Source: an uncultured Candidatus Saccharibacteria bacterium
GTDB lineage: Bacteria; Patescibacteriota; Saccharimonadia; Saccharimonadales; 2-12-FULL-41-12
Assembly: GCA_964615775.1 (NCBI GenBank)
Contig: CAZTQB010000002.1
Span: 21,589-85,588 of the forward strand
Length of the DNA stretch: 64,000 nt
Reading direction: 5' to 3'
Under the pieces are notes generated by a model. That model saw nothing but the letters and a program-made list of their open reading frames with translations. It was not told the origin of the DNA and did not search any database. Shown piece after piece: positions 29,008 through 39,463 of this stretch (position 1 is its first letter; every line of letters starts with the position of its first letter). Position numbers and translations under genes: made by a program.

Positions 29008-30627
29008 ATGCAACCAAATATAGTCACATATACCGCTCCACCTAAACATTCTCATTTATTGCTTTTGTTAAAACAAAAGTTAGTAATCTTTGGCTTGATT
29101 GGGTTTTTAGTAGTAGCTTCTCTTGGAGTCTCTGGTTTTTTATACTATAAACACAAACAGGCCAAAGGTCCAAACAAACTCGATGACAGCAATTTCTCTT
29201 TATCGAACGGAGCCAGTCTAGAAAACGACTCTTCGGCATCAGACGGTAAAAGTATTAAGATAACAAAGAACGCCGAAATATCAACTATCTTAGATGCCAC
29301 CCAAGAAATGCAAGGCATAAATTTTAATGCTAGAAGTGTAATTTGCGGCAATGAATGGGCTAAAGTTGACACCTTAGTTGACGATAAAGTTGTGCAAAAG
29401 GATCTTAGTATCGATAGCGACCAATGGAAAAACTTCTCAGTTAATACCCCAATCACAAAAGGTAATCATAAAATTGTTATCAAGCAGACAAATGCTTCAG
29501 GTGCCTGCGAAAGAGCTGTTTTTATAGATAAAGTCAACCTAATATCGATCATACCAGCTGTTCAAAGCCCTACTCCGACAAAAAATAATCAGCCTACTAC
29601 AACCGTCCCTCCATCTAGCACCACCCCAACACAAGCCCCAGCCAATCCGAATCCGACCCCAAACCCCCAACCACCGGCAAAATCATCAATACTATGGGGG
29701 TCATGGATTGACGGCGATACATATGGCGGATCTGGTGCAGGTCGTGGTGATGCACCTTGGGACACTACAACTTGGGATTTATTTGAGTCACATGCTGGTA
29801 AAAAGGTCTCCATACTACATTACGGTCAACCACCACCTTGGGAACAGCAATTTTATCCTAATGTTGCCAACATTATTACCAATCGAGGAGCCTATGTGAT
29901 GATGGACAGTAGCTCAAAATCAGTTGCACTAACCGATATAACCAACGGCACCTACGATACACAGATTCGCACCTGGGCAAATGCAGTAAAAACTTGGGGC
30001 AAGCCTATGTTCTACCGCTGGAACTGGGAGATGAACGGTACTTGGTTTGACTGGGGCAATCAGGCAAAAACTAGTCCACAAAATTACGTTAATGCTTGGC
30101 GACACTACCACGATGTAGTCGTAAGCGAAGGAGCCACCAATATCACCTGGGTATGGTGTCCAAACACCGTCTTTACTGGTTCTACGCCCCTTAGCCAATT
30201 ATATCCTGGCGATAGTTATGTAGATTGGACTTGTTTTGACGGTTACAACTGGGGTACAAGCAGCGGTAAAGCCGAAACTTGGCGAAGTTTCAATACAGTA
30301 GCTTCAGACACCTACAACGAACTTCTAAGCGTCGCTCCAAGTAAGCCGATAATGATCGGAGAGACTTCATCAAACGAAGGAGGTGGCGTCAAGGCAGACT
30401 GGGTAACTGATGCATTATCGACTCAATTACCAAATAATTTTCCAAAAATCAAAGCCCTGGTTTGGTTTAACTGGCCAATTGTAGAAAACAGCACCGCACA
30501 ACAATGGCCAATCGAATCTTCGACTGCCAGTCAAAATGCTTTCAAAAATGCTATCGCTAACTCGTATTTCTTGCCTGGCGGCAGCTACGGTTCGACACCA
30601 TTGCTTGGGAAAATACCAGCTCCATAA
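29008..30627 (+). CDS. membrane-anchored or secreted glycoside hydrolase family 26 enzyme with an N-terminal beta-sandwich (CBM-like) module and Pro/Thr linker
   Basis: TM/signal anchor (LVIFGLIGFLVVASLGVSGFLYY) and PT linker (PTPTKNNQPTTTVPPSSTTPTQAPANPNPTPNPQPP). GH26 signatures are YRWNWEMNGTWFDWG (acid/base Glu), YPGDSYVDWTCFDGYNWG and IMIGETSS (nucleophile Glu). Confidence 0.8.
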   Translation: MQPNIVTYTAPPKHSHLLLLLKQKLVIFGLIGFLVVASLGVSGFLYYKHKQAKGPNKLDDSNFSLSNGASLENDSSASDGKSIKITKNAEISTILDATQEMQGINFNARSVICGNEWAKVDTLVDDKVVQKDLSIDSDQWKNFSVNTPITKGNHKIVIKQTNASGACERAVFIDKVNLISIIPAVQSPTPTKNNQPTTTVPPSSTTPTQAPANPNPTPNPQPPAKSSILWGSWIDGDTYGGSGAGRGDAPWDTTTWDLFESHAGKKVSILHYGQPPPWEQQFYPNVANIITNRGAYVMMDSSSKSVALTDITNGTYDTQIRTWANAVKTWGKPMFYRWNWEMNGTWFDWGNQAKTSPQNYVNAWRHYHDVVVSEGATNITWVWCPNTVFTGSTPLSQLYPGDSYVDWTCFDGYNWGTSSGKAETWRSFNTVASDTYNELLSVAPSKPIMIGETSSNEGGGVKADWVTDALSTQLPNNFPKIKALVWFNWPIVENSTAQQWPIESSTASQNAFKNAIANSYFLPGGSYGSTPLLGKIPAP

Positions 30628-30663
30628 AAATACTTGTTGACGAGCTTAGACTAATATATACGC

Positions 30664-31284
30664 CTATACACCAAAAAACTTAGCAACTTCCTGCCAGTCT
30701 TTGCAGCGAGTCACATTAGCAGGCAAGGTTTGCATTTGATTCCATTTATAGTCACCAAATAGTACCGCTTGAAAACCATATTTAGCAGCCTCAACACAAT
30801 GTTTTAGTTGGTCGTCAATTAAATAATCAAATTTCAGATCATCTCTCAAAACAGCCTTACTAGCCTGCATTTTATAAGTAATGTCGATTCCGTCTTTTCT
30901 ATCAAAAAAACCAGAATAATATATACCATCAAAAATATCACCATAATGATAATCTAGCCAAGCTCGAGTTTCCTTATCGGACGTCTGCCATCTAGAGGTT
31001 AAGACGATTAGTCTGTAGTTGTCAGCTAAACTTTTTAGGACTTCACTAGACTTATTTTTTGCTGCAAATTTAGCCAGTTGCCCACTACCATAAATCTCTG
31101 CAACTCTTTCATACAAGCTTTGCTGATTTACCTGCCAAACCTTGCCCCAGTGTTCATCGTAGTCATCAACCGTCAAATTAGTTCCCCACCGTTTATTGCT
31201 AAACTCTACAAATGCTTCAGCCTGCATTGCCAAAACATCATCTACATCAACTGCTATAATTTCTTGCTTCACCTTTTTAGACAA
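30664..31284 (-). CDS. HAD-superfamily hydrolase, 5'(3')-deoxyribonucleotidase-like
   Basis: The HAD motif I DVDDVL lies near the N-terminus and DD lies in the C-terminal motif (YLIDD). The size is about 200 aa. Confidence 0.65.
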   Translation of the reverse strand: MSKKVKQEIIAVDVDDVLAMQAEAFVEFSNKRWGTNLTVDDYDEHWGKVWQVNQQSLYERVAEIYGSGQLAKFAAKNKSSEVLKSLADNYRLIVLTSRWQTSDKETRAWLDYHYGDIFDGIYYSGFFDRKDGIDITYKMQASKAVLRDDLKFDYLIDDQLKHCVEAAKYGFQAVLFGDYKWNQMQTLPANVTRCKDWQEVAKFFGV

Positions 31285-31573
31285 TCTCCAGGGTGAATTT
31301 TATAGTAATTTTGTCGTCCAGTTTTAGAGACTCTTTGGAACGTATTTCAGACTTCAGAGGTAGCATGTACCTACCTTCGCCCATAGCCATGATAGTTGCC
31401 TGCCAAGATGATTTGCCCACACTAGCCGTACCTTTTAAAAAGCTACTTTTCTTATATGGTTTAAGTAGTTCCATTATAGCCCCAGGAATATGAGCATAAT
31501 GCCAACCGCCTTTAGCAGGAGAAACTTCTACCTTGGACTGAAACTGAAAGGTTGGTTGCGTCATGTTGTTCAC
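31277..31573 (-). CDS. DUF1905-domain protein
   Basis: 98 aa with GGWHYAHIPGAIMELL ... WQATIMAMGEGRYMLPLKSEIR ... DKITIKFTLE, matching the DUF1905 pattern from memory. Confidence 0.65.
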   Translation of the reverse strand: MNNMTQPTFQFQSKVEVSPAKGGWHYAHIPGAIMELLKPYKKSSFLKGTASVGKSSWQATIMAMGEGRYMLPLKSEIRSKESLKLDDKITIKFTLEIV

Positions 31574-31577
31574 AGTA

Positions 31578-32498
31578 TTAAAAACGAGATTTCAGCGGAA
31601 CCTTAGAGCCTAGGTCTGATTGTTTTTTGCATTCAGTAGTGTGGAATAGTAAGTCTTTATCTGTTTTACAGTTTTTGCATATCAGCACTAGATCGTTGCA
31701 GGCAACCCATGCACAATTTTCAAAATTTGAAGTTTTCCCTTGGCAATGCGTACAATTACCAATATCAACTGCCTTAGGTGAAAATTTATGGTTCATGCGA
31801 TCATCAAAAATATATAAATTACCCTCCCATAGTCCATCGTCACCATATTTTTCGCCATATTTTACAATGCCACCATCTATCTGATAAACCTCTTTAAAGC
31901 CACGATTTTTCATCATCACACTCAGTGCTTCGCAGCGAATGCCACCAGTACAATAGCTAACTACGGGCTTGTCTTTTATATGATTGTACTTATCACTATC
32001 AAGCTCAGATATAAAATCGTGTGAAGTTTTGGTGTCTGGTATAACCGCACCCTTAAATCGACCAACTTGTGCTTCGTAAGCATTGCGGCCATCAAAAAAT
32101 ACTACATCATCACCACGTTCCTGCACTAATTTATGTAAAGCTTCAGGCTTAAGATGTTTTCCGCCACCAATTACACCTTTTTCATCAACTTTTATTTCGT
32201 CAGGGCAACCAAAAGCCACCAACTCTGACTTTACTTTTACGCTCAAACGCGGAAAATCATTGCCCGTACCATTGCTCCATTTATAAGTAATACCCCGAAA
32301 TACATCACTAGCATTCATTTGCCGCTTATACTCACGTAGGTTTTCTATATCTCCGCCCAATGTGCCATTAATACCATGCTTCGACACAATAATTCGTCCT
32401 TTGAGATGCAGGTTCCTACAAAGTTCTCGTTGCCAAAGCATTGTCATTTTAGGATCTGTCACCGGCACAAATTTATAGTATAAAATCACCTTATTCAT
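31578..32498 (-). CDS. trhO: rhodanese-domain tRNA uridine(34) hydroxylase TrhO (UPF0176/YceA family)
   Basis: MNKVILYYKFVPV..., a rhodanese active-site loop CTGGIRCE and a C-terminal Cys cluster. The start is taken at the internal Met; the ORF track extends to 32537. Confidence 0.85.
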   Translation of the reverse strand: MNKVILYYKFVPVTDPKMTMLWQRELCRNLHLKGRIIVSKHGINGTLGGDIENLREYKRQMNASDVFRGITYKWSNGTGNDFPRLSVKVKSELVAFGCPDEIKVDEKGVIGGGKHLKPEALHKLVQERGDDVVFFDGRNAYEAQVGRFKGAVIPDTKTSHDFISELDSDKYNHIKDKPVVSYCTGGIRCEALSVMMKNRGFKEVYQIDGGIVKYGEKYGDDGLWEGNLYIFDDRMNHKFSPKAVDIGNCTHCQGKTSNFENCAWVACNDLVLICKNCKTDKDLLFHTTECKKQSDLGSKVPLKSRF

Positions 32499-32540
32499 AG
32501 CTAAGTATTTTATCAAAAAACATAAAAATTTGCACACAAC

Positions 32541-32559
32541 TTGACATAAGTGGTATAAT
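32541..32559 (+). promoter_or_regulatory. extended -10 promoter TGGTATAAT upstream of a small ORF and the ABC exporter
   Basis: TGGTATAAT lies at 32551-32559. The nearby TTGACA (32541-32546) is only 7 nt away, so it is not a functional -35. Confidence 0.4.
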
Positions 32560-32594
32560 GTAATGCATATTATTAAAGGAAAGGGTCAGGCAAA

Positions 32595-32687
32595 ATGACA
32601 AAGCCAGTAAAATTTATATTTACATACGCAGAAGATCAGAATATTGTCAGTGGCACTTTTCTGAATTTCTCTTCTTTAGTAGCTTAG
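32595..32687 (+). CDS. possible 30-aa peptide upstream of the ABC exporter
   Basis: ATG is preceded by the purine-rich AAAGGAAAGGG. It translates to MTKPVKFIFTYAEDQNIVSGTFLNFSSLVA and ends 54 nt before the exporter start. Confidence 0.25.
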   Translation: MTKPVKFIFTYAEDQNIVSGTFLNFSSLVA

Positions 32688-32741
32688 TATTAAACTACTA
32701 AAAACTATCAACTTAACATTAAATACCAAAAGGTATCCTCT

Positions 32742-34517
32742 ATGGACAAAATTAATTCAATTACTATATTAAAAACGTATCTCAAATACGTTAAAAGATA
32801 TTACAAGTTAGCTATCCCACTATTAATAATCACACCATTAGCTAGTGTTACTTTTCGATTGATTGGCCCTCTTATTGCCGCCAATATACTCAGTAGACTA
32901 GCCAAAAACGACTACATTAAAGGCGATTTATGGGGTAGTTTTGGGAATGAAATAATGCTTTATGGCCTAGTGACAATTTTAGGCGGTGTAATATTATGGC
33001 GTGTAGCTACCTATTTGCTATGGACTATGGAAAGCTACATTGTAAGAGACATGAGCCGAGATATGTTCAATAAATACATAGAGCTAGACAGTAACTACCA
33101 TGCCAATAATTTTGGTGGCTCACTAGTATCAAGAACCAATAAGCTAACCAGTGCATATATTCGTATACAAGACGTTTGCATATTCCAATTTTATCTTATG
33201 ATTATTGCGTATGTAGCTATTAGCGTAATTATGATTAATAAATCAGTTAGTTTTGTGATATTTATGTGGCTGTTTACTTTCGTTTACATCATCTTCTCAT
33301 TTTTTATAAGCAAACGTGTCCGCAAATTTGCCGTCGATGAAGCAAGCTCGCAAAATAAAGTCACAGCTCGATTAGCAGATGCAATCACAAACGTGCTAAG
33401 TATTAAGAGTTTTGCTAATAAAAAATATGAAAATTCAGAATTTGCTAAAGTAACTGAATTTAGCCGACAAAAAACTATCAGTTACCTTAAAGCAACAACT
33501 TATCGTGACCTATTTTCTTCATCTATTACTTCTACGGTAGCGATCGTAGCACTGACAATCGCTGTTTATTCAGTAGTAACAAAGAACGTTGATATTGCAA
33601 TAATTTTTCTGATTTTTACATACACCACGGAAATTACCGAGAGGCTATGGGAGTTTAACTCAAACGCTCTACGTAACTTTAACCGATCTATTGGTGATGC
33701 AACCGAAGGAATAGGCACATTACTGACCAAACCGAGGGTCGAAGACCCTGTCTCACCCCAACCTTTTATAATTTCTGATCCAAAAATTGACTTTAAAAAC
33801 ATGAGCTTTAAGCATGACGGAGATAATGTTTTGTTTAATAATTTTAACTTATCAATAAAAAGCGGTAGCAAAATTGGCATAGTCGGGCATAGTGGCTCAG
33901 GCAAAACTACACTGATTCGCTTACTGATGCGTTACATGGACATAAATAATGGTCAAATAGAAATTAGTGGTCAAAATATTGCCAAAATAACTCAAGAAAA
34001 CCTGCGTGAACAAATTGCTTATGTAGCTCAGGAGCCAATGTTGTTTCACCGCTCGCTAGCTGAGAATATTAGCTATGGCAAACCAAATGTGTCGCAATCC
34101 GAGATAGAAGAAGCTGCCAAGAATGCTCATGCTCATGAGTTCATCAAAGATTTGCCAGATAGTTACAAAACATTAGTTGGTGAACGAGGCGTTAAGCTGT
34201 CTGGTGGTCAAAGACAGCGTGTAGCAATCGCTCGGGCTATGCTAAAAGATGCTCCGATTTTAGTCCTAGACGAAGCAACTTCTGCTCTAGATTCTGAAAG
34301 CGAAGCATTAATACAAGATGCTCTTTGGAAGTTAATGCAAGACAAAACTACTATAGTCATTGCTCACCGACTAAGTACAATACAGAAAATGGACAGGATA
34401 GTAGTACTAAACAAAGGCAAGATTATCGAAGACGGTTCTCATCAAAAACTACTAGCTGATGGCGGCAAATACGCCGATCTTTGGAACCATCAATCTGGTG
34501 GCTTTTTAGAGGAATAA
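32742..34517 (+). CDS. ABC exporter, fused permease/ATPase (MsbA/type I exporter-like)
   Basis: 6-TM domain followed by an NBD with Walker A GHSGSGKTT, signature LSGGQRQR, Walker B ILVLDEATS and an H-loop. Confidence 0.92.
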   Translation: MDKINSITILKTYLKYVKRYYKLAIPLLIITPLASVTFRLIGPLIAANILSRLAKNDYIKGDLWGSFGNEIMLYGLVTILGGVILWRVATYLLWTMESYIVRDMSRDMFNKYIELDSNYHANNFGGSLVSRTNKLTSAYIRIQDVCIFQFYLMIIAYVAISVIMINKSVSFVIFMWLFTFVYIIFSFFISKRVRKFAVDEASSQNKVTARLADAITNVLSIKSFANKKYENSEFAKVTEFSRQKTISYLKATTYRDLFSSSITSTVAIVALTIAVYSVVTKNVDIAIIFLIFTYTTEITERLWEFNSNALRNFNRSIGDATEGIGTLLTKPRVEDPVSPQPFIISDPKIDFKNMSFKHDGDNVLFNNFNLSIKSGSKIGIVGHSGSGKTTLIRLLMRYMDINNGQIEISGQNIAKITQENLREQIAYVAQEPMLFHRSLAENISYGKPNVSQSEIEEAAKNAHAHEFIKDLPDSYKTLVGERGVKLSGGQRQRVAIARAMLKDAPILVLDEATSALDSESEALIQDALWKLMQDKTTIVIAHRLSTIQKMDRIVVLNKGKIIEDGSHQKLLADGGKYADLWNHQSGGFLEE

Positions 34518-34608
34518 AGTATGATTTTTTTGCCTTTATGCGGCGACAAAGCGTGGTTTGCCGCTTACCCAATTTATTTATAATGGCAACTCTAGTAAGC
34601 TAGGTAGA

Positions 34609-35271
34609 TTATTCGGACTTATCGTCTTTTGGCTCAGAGTCAGTAGACTCTTCACTAGCTGGCTTATCGGCATCGGACGCCAGTTCGGCTGCAGCAGCAT
34701 CTGCCTCAGCAATCTGGTCTTTTGGCACTTCTACACTAGCAACTAGTTGTTCTCCGTCAGTGGTTATTGTAATACCGGCTGGAACTCTAATATCTGCCAC
34801 CGTAAGCTTATCGCCAGCTTCTGCTAAGCTACTGGCATCTACCTCGATTGCGTCAACTAAATCTTTTGGCAGAGCTTCAACCTCCACATAATCAATACCA
34901 AGTACAACTAGCAGACTAGCTCTCTCAGCAGGTATATCTTCAGTAAGTCTGAGGGGTATTTCAGCGTTAACCTTTTCATTCGCTTTTATCGCCTGAAAAA
35001 CGGTGTGATACATTATTGTAGTTGCCGGCTTATAGGTGACTTCTTTTATAAGAGTCGTAAATTTTTTGTCGCCAACTTCTACTTCTACAGGTGTGTGTTT
35101 GCCGGCTTTATGATACGCGATATTCAACTGTTTATCGCCTACTAGAATGTGATAAGAATCTTTGCCATGGTCATGAATCACAGCCGGAATATTACCTTCT
35201 GCTCTTAGTGCATTCGGCTTTAAGCCTTTTAAATCGCGTTTTTTCGCTTCTAGTTTAATTGTTTCTCCCAT
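34609..35271 (-). CDS. rplY: 50S ribosomal protein L25/general stress protein Ctc
   Basis: The N-terminus is KLEAKKRDLKGLKPNALRAEGNIPAVIH. The two-domain Ctc form has an acidic C-terminal tail. Confidence 0.9.
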   Translation of the reverse strand: MGETIKLEAKKRDLKGLKPNALRAEGNIPAVIHDHGKDSYHILVGDKQLNIAYHKAGKHTPVEVEVGDKKFTTLIKEVTYKPATTIMYHTVFQAIKANEKVNAEIPLRLTEDIPAERASLLVVLGIDYVEVEALPKDLVDAIEVDASSLAEAGDKLTVADIRVPAGITITTDGEQLVASVEVPKDQIAEADAAAAELASDADKPASEESTDSEPKDDKSE

Positions 35272-35345
35272 AATTCCTCCGAGTAGTCATTCACTTTTTC
35301 GTCTAGCAATTATAGCATAAAAATTGCTATAATTCTCTAAGAGTT

Positions 35346-35978
35346 ATGCATTTATTTAGTCCAGAAGCAATTGCTGCCGGTGGTTTGATACTGATTGCTT
35401 TTATTGTATTCGCAGAAAGTGGGTTACTTTTCGGATTCTTCTTACCCGGAGACACTTTACTATTTCTAGCTGGAATCTTAGCAGCTCAAGGTAAATTTAA
35501 TATTATCGTGACACTATTTGTTATAGCTGTGAGTGCTATTTTGGGCGGAGAAACTGGATATTATATTGGTAAAAAATTTGGACCAAAATTGTTTAAAAAG
35601 AAAGATGGCATATTGTTCAAGCACGAATACATTGAACGCAGTGAACAATTTTATGAAAAACATGGTGGGAAAACTATTATTTTAGCTCGTTTTGTGCCGA
35701 TCGTTAGAACTTTTGCTCCAGTTGTAGCTGGAATTGGCAACATGAATATTAGGGCTTTTAGTTTTTATAATATTGTTGGTAGTTTGATTTGGGCGATTAG
35801 CGTTACTTTAATTGGTTACTTTTTTGGAAGCAAAATTGGCAATATTGAAAAATACGTTCTACCAATAATCGGGTTAGTGATGCTTGTGAGTTTTGGCTCA
35901 CCAATATTTCATATTTTACGCGACTCAAGGTCTCGGCAACTTTTGATAGCAAAGTTTAGTAATAAGAAATTGAAGTAG
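35346..35978 (+). CDS. DedA-family membrane protein
   Basis: ESGLLFGFFLPGDTLLFLAG and RFVPIVRTFAPVVAG are DedA/SNARE-associated motifs. Confidence 0.9.
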   Translation: MHLFSPEAIAAGGLILIAFIVFAESGLLFGFFLPGDTLLFLAGILAAQGKFNIIVTLFVIAVSAILGGETGYYIGKKFGPKLFKKKDGILFKHEYIERSEQFYEKHGGKTIILARFVPIVRTFAPVVAGIGNMNIRAFSFYNIVGSLIWAISVTLIGYFFGSKIGNIEKYVLPIIGLVMLVSFGSPIFHILRDSRSRQLLIAKFSNKKLK

Positions 35979-36609
35979 CTCCCAAACTTGCCTCTATGGC
36001 TTTTTTAACCTCTGCTTTACCCTCTTCGGAAGTAAAGTAGATACCGCTAACTACTTCAATACTTGGCTTAATGGCTTTACCGTCTTCATCGCGATGCAAA
36101 CTAAATACTAGTTCAGGAACATGCTCTGATTCAGGATCTGTTCCGCTTACTAATTCAAAACCATTAAAATCATTATCCACATCTGCAATAGAAATAACTA
36201 CTCCACCTAGCTCTGACACACACCTTTTATATAAAATTCCCTCGTCATTTTCTGGATCAGCATAACGGAACGCAGCTGCAAGTGCATCTTTTGCATCTGG
36301 CAGTGATATATAGGGAGGAATGGTTTGGGTGGCAAAAGGGTACACCGGGTTTGGTATAGTAAAAAAATAATTTCTATTATAGTAGTTTGGGTACTGCTCT
36401 TTTGGAATAAAAAAACCATACTTTAAAAGATTAAATACAGTTCTTACTGAAGTTCCATGAAAGCCGATATTTGTATCACTTAGCATACCACCTATAGATA
36501 AATCTCCGATACTTTCTTCACTAATAATTGTTGATTTTATTTTTTCATCAACTGCAGAGGCGAAAGTGAAAGTCATTGGGTCAAAACTGGCTGGATTAAT
36601 CTCTGACAT
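35956..36609 (-). CDS. hypothetical protein with an ART-like 'FHGTS' motif
   Basis: 217 aa, starting 6 nt downstream of uvrA on the same strand. It contains NIGFHGTSVRTVFNLLKYGF, NYFFTIPNPVY and PELVFSL. There is no signal peptide or TM helix. Confidence 0.6.
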   Translation of the reverse strand: MSEINPASFDPMTFTFASAVDEKIKSTIISEESIGDLSIGGMLSDTNIGFHGTSVRTVFNLLKYGFFIPKEQYPNYYNRNYFFTIPNPVYPFATQTIPPYISLPDAKDALAAAFRYADPENDEGILYKRCVSELGGVVISIADVDNDFNGFELVSGTDPESEHVPELVFSLHRDEDGKAIKPSIEVVSGIYFTSEEGKAEVKKAIEASLGATSISYY

Positions 36610-36614
36610 AATCT

Positions 36615-39428
36615 TTAAAGCATCTTTCTTAAAAATTGTCCGGTGTAAGATTTAGAATTTTTGGCCACCTGCTCAGGCGTACCAGTGGCGACTACCTGAC
36701 CACCTTCAGCCCCACCTTCTGGACCCATATCGATTATATAATCGGCTGACTTTACAACATCTAGATTATGCTCAATCACAATCATACTGTTGCCAGTATC
36801 GACTAGCTTATGTAGGACATGTAGTAATTTATCGACATCGGCCATGTGCAAACCAGTTGTTGGCTCATCTAAAATATACAAAGTTTTACCAGTTGGCCGC
36901 CGTGACAATTCAGTAGCCAGCTTAATACGCTGTGCTTCACCACCACTTAGCGTAGTGGCTGATTGGCCTAAGCTAATATAACCTAGACCGACGTCAACCA
37001 TAATTTGTAACTTGCGAGCAATGTTTGGGATATTTTCGAAAAATTCTAAACTTTGCTCACAGGTCATACCCAAAATATCACTAATTGTTTTGCCTTTATA
37101 TTTAATCTCTAGTGCCTCACGATTGTAACGCCTACCTTTACATTCATCACAAGTAACATAAACATCTGGCAAAAAGTGCATTTCTATCTTGATAATACCG
37201 TCACCTTGGCAGTTTTCGCAGCGTCCACCACGTACATTAAAGCTAAATCTACCAGCACTATAGCCACGAATTTTTGCTTCTGGCAGTCCAGCAAAAAGCT
37301 CACGAATTGGCGTAAATAAACCAGTGTAAGTAGCGGGGTTAGACCGCGGCGTGCGACCAATTGGCGATTGGTCAATAACTATAACTTTATCTAGTTCTTT
37401 AATACCCTGTATCTCATCATGCCGACCAGGATTGGTGTGTGATCGCATTAATCTAGCCAAAAGCTCCTTCGACAAAATATCATTAATCAAGCTAGATTTA
37501 CCCGAGCCAGACACACCACTCACCACCACTAATTCACCAAGCGGTATATCAACCGTAATATTTTTGAGATTATTTTCTCTAGCATTAACAATTTTTATTT
37601 TTTTACCATTACCCTTACGACGTTTTTTAGGTACCGAAATTTTGAGTTTGCCACTTAGATATTTACCAGTAATAGAATTTGAGTTTTTAATAATTTGTTC
37701 TGGTGTACCAGCTGCAGTGATTTCACCACCATGCACACCCGCACCCGGACCAATGTCTAGTACATAATCGGCCGTACGAATTGTATCTTCATCATGCTCC
37801 ACAACCAAAACTGTATTACCTAAATCACGTAAATGAGTCAAAGTAGCAATCAAGCGTTCATTATCGCGTTGATGTAGTCCAATTGATGGTTCATCCAAAA
37901 CATACAGCACACCCTGCAGCCCCGAACCAATCTGAGTCGCTAAGCGAATTCGCTGTGCTTCACCACCACTCAAGCTAGCCGCACTTCTAAGTAAATTTAA
38001 ATAGTGCAGTCCAACGTCTACCAAAAAATTAAGTCTCGAGTTAACTTCTTTTAAAATCTGTTTGGCAATCTTTTCTTGGTTGGCATTTAGGTTCAAATTA
38101 TTAAAGAATTTGACAGCATCATTAATTGATTTTTCGCAGATATCCATAATCGATAAGCCACCAACTGTCACCGCCAGAACTTCAGGCTTAAGCCTCTTGC
38201 CTTTACAGGCATAGCAAGGTCTTTCTTGCATAAACCGCTCAATATCTCGTCGCATAAAATCACTATCAGTATCTTTGTGTCGGCGTTCTAAATTTGGTAT
38301 TACACCTTCATAAGTTGTGTCAAAATATCGGCCAGTTCCAAGCTTAATTGTGTAAGCTTCATCACCTGTACCGTATAAAATTTTGTCTAAATCAGCTTGT
38401 TTAAGCTCGCCAGTTGGTACACTTAAACTAAAGCCATACTTATCGGCCACTGCTTGCATTTTCTTCATATACCATGCATCAGAATTCACACGATTAAACG
38501 GCCTAATTGCACCTTCGCTAATCGTCAGCTTACCATTTGGTATAACCAACTCCGGATCAACTTCTAGGCGATTACCTAGTCCAGTACAAACAGCACAAGC
38601 TCCAAATGGACTATTAAAACTAAATGTACGCGGTTCTAATTCTGGAATTGTGATTTCTGGATGATCAATACAGGCATACATCAAACTATATATACGCTCA
38701 CGGTTATCATCGGCATTTACCACTACTAACTTACCAGCAGCAAGCTCCAAAGCTTGCTCAACACTCTGAGTCAAGCGACTAACACTTTCTTCGTCGTTAA
38801 CCAACCTATCGACAACTATCTCAATATTATGCTTATAATTTTTATCAAGCTCTGGCCATTCGTCTAGTGCATAAACGATACCATCAACCCTAGCTCTTGC
38901 AAAGCCAAGTCTCTGATATTGTTCAGGAATATGCTCAAACTGGCCTTTTTTGCTCATAACAACCGGGGCTAAAACCATCAGCTTTGCTTTCTTATCTGTT
39001 TCGGCCACTTGATCAACAATCATTGTCGGCGTCTGACGCGAGACTTCCTTACCACAAGCAGGACAGTGTGGCACACCAATTCGTGCGTACAAAAGCCGCA
39101 AATAGTCGTAAATTTCTGTCACTGTCGCTACTGTACTGCGCGGATTTCTACTAGTAGACTTTTGGTCAATCGATATCGCTGGACTCAGCCCATCAATCTG
39201 TTCAACATCAGGCTTTTCCATCAAGCCCAAAAACTGCCTAGCATAAGCACTCAAGCTCTCTACATAACGCCTCTGGCCTTCAGCATAGATTGTATCAAAT
39301 GCCAAACTAGATTTGCCAGAACCACTTAGGCCAGTCATTACCACTAATTTATTACGTGGGATATCCACCGAAACATTTTTTAAATTATGTTCTTTGGCAC
39401 CACGAATAGAAATAAACTCACTCATCAA
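36615..39428 (-). CDS. uvrA: excinuclease ABC subunit A
   Basis: 937 aa with two ABC modules ([24 protein letters not shown]), zinc-finger Cys clusters and two LSGGE signatures. Confidence 0.97.
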   Translation of the reverse strand: MMSEFISIRGAKEHNLKNVSVDIPRNKLVVMTGLSGSGKSSLAFDTIYAEGQRRYVESLSAYARQFLGLMEKPDVEQIDGLSPAISIDQKSTSRNPRSTVATVTEIYDYLRLLYARIGVPHCPACGKEVSRQTPTMIVDQVAETDKKAKLMVLAPVVMSKKGQFEHIPEQYQRLGFARARVDGIVYALDEWPELDKNYKHNIEIVVDRLVNDEESVSRLTQSVEQALELAAGKLVVVNADDNRERIYSLMYACIDHPEITIPELEPRTFSFNSPFGACAVCTGLGNRLEVDPELVIPNGKLTISEGAIRPFNRVNSDAWYMKKMQAVADKYGFSLSVPTGELKQADLDKILYGTGDEAYTIKLGTGRYFDTTYEGVIPNLERRHKDTDSDFMRRDIERFMQERPCYACKGKRLKPEVLAVTVGGLSIMDICEKSINDAVKFFNNLNLNANQEKIAKQILKEVNSRLNFLVDVGLHYLNLLRSAASLSGGEAQRIRLATQIGSGLQGVLYVLDEPSIGLHQRDNERLIATLTHLRDLGNTVLVVEHDEDTIRTADYVLDIGPGAGVHGGEITAAGTPEQIIKNSNSITGKYLSGKLKISVPKKRRKGNGKKIKIVNARENNLKNITVDIPLGELVVVSGVSGSGKSSLINDILSKELLARLMRSHTNPGRHDEIQGIKELDKVIVIDQSPIGRTPRSNPATYTGLFTPIRELFAGLPEAKIRGYSAGRFSFNVRGGRCENCQGDGIIKIEMHFLPDVYVTCDECKGRRYNREALEIKYKGKTISDILGMTCEQSLEFFENIPNIARKLQIMVDVGLGYISLGQSATTLSGGEAQRIKLATELSRRPTGKTLYILDEPTTGLHMADVDKLLHVLHKLVDTGNSMIVIEHNLDVVKSADYIIDMGPEGGAEGGQVVATGTPEQVAKNSKSYTGQFLRKML

Positions 39429-39463
39429 CGTCTTATTATACCAAATTTTGTATAATAAATTAG

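Noticed and set aside
32541-32546. Perfect TTGACA as the -35 box of the ABC-exporter promoter
   Set aside because: It lies only 7 nt from the TATAAT. The promoter call therefore rests on the extended -10 alone.
37351-37767. 138-aa plus-strand ORF, plus many similar 60-130-aa ORFs antisense to uvrA, clpC, ligA, alaS, atpD and others
   Set aside because: They are fully embedded antisense within strongly supported conserved genes. They have low-complexity or odd composition and no SD, which is typical of spurious shadow ORFs.
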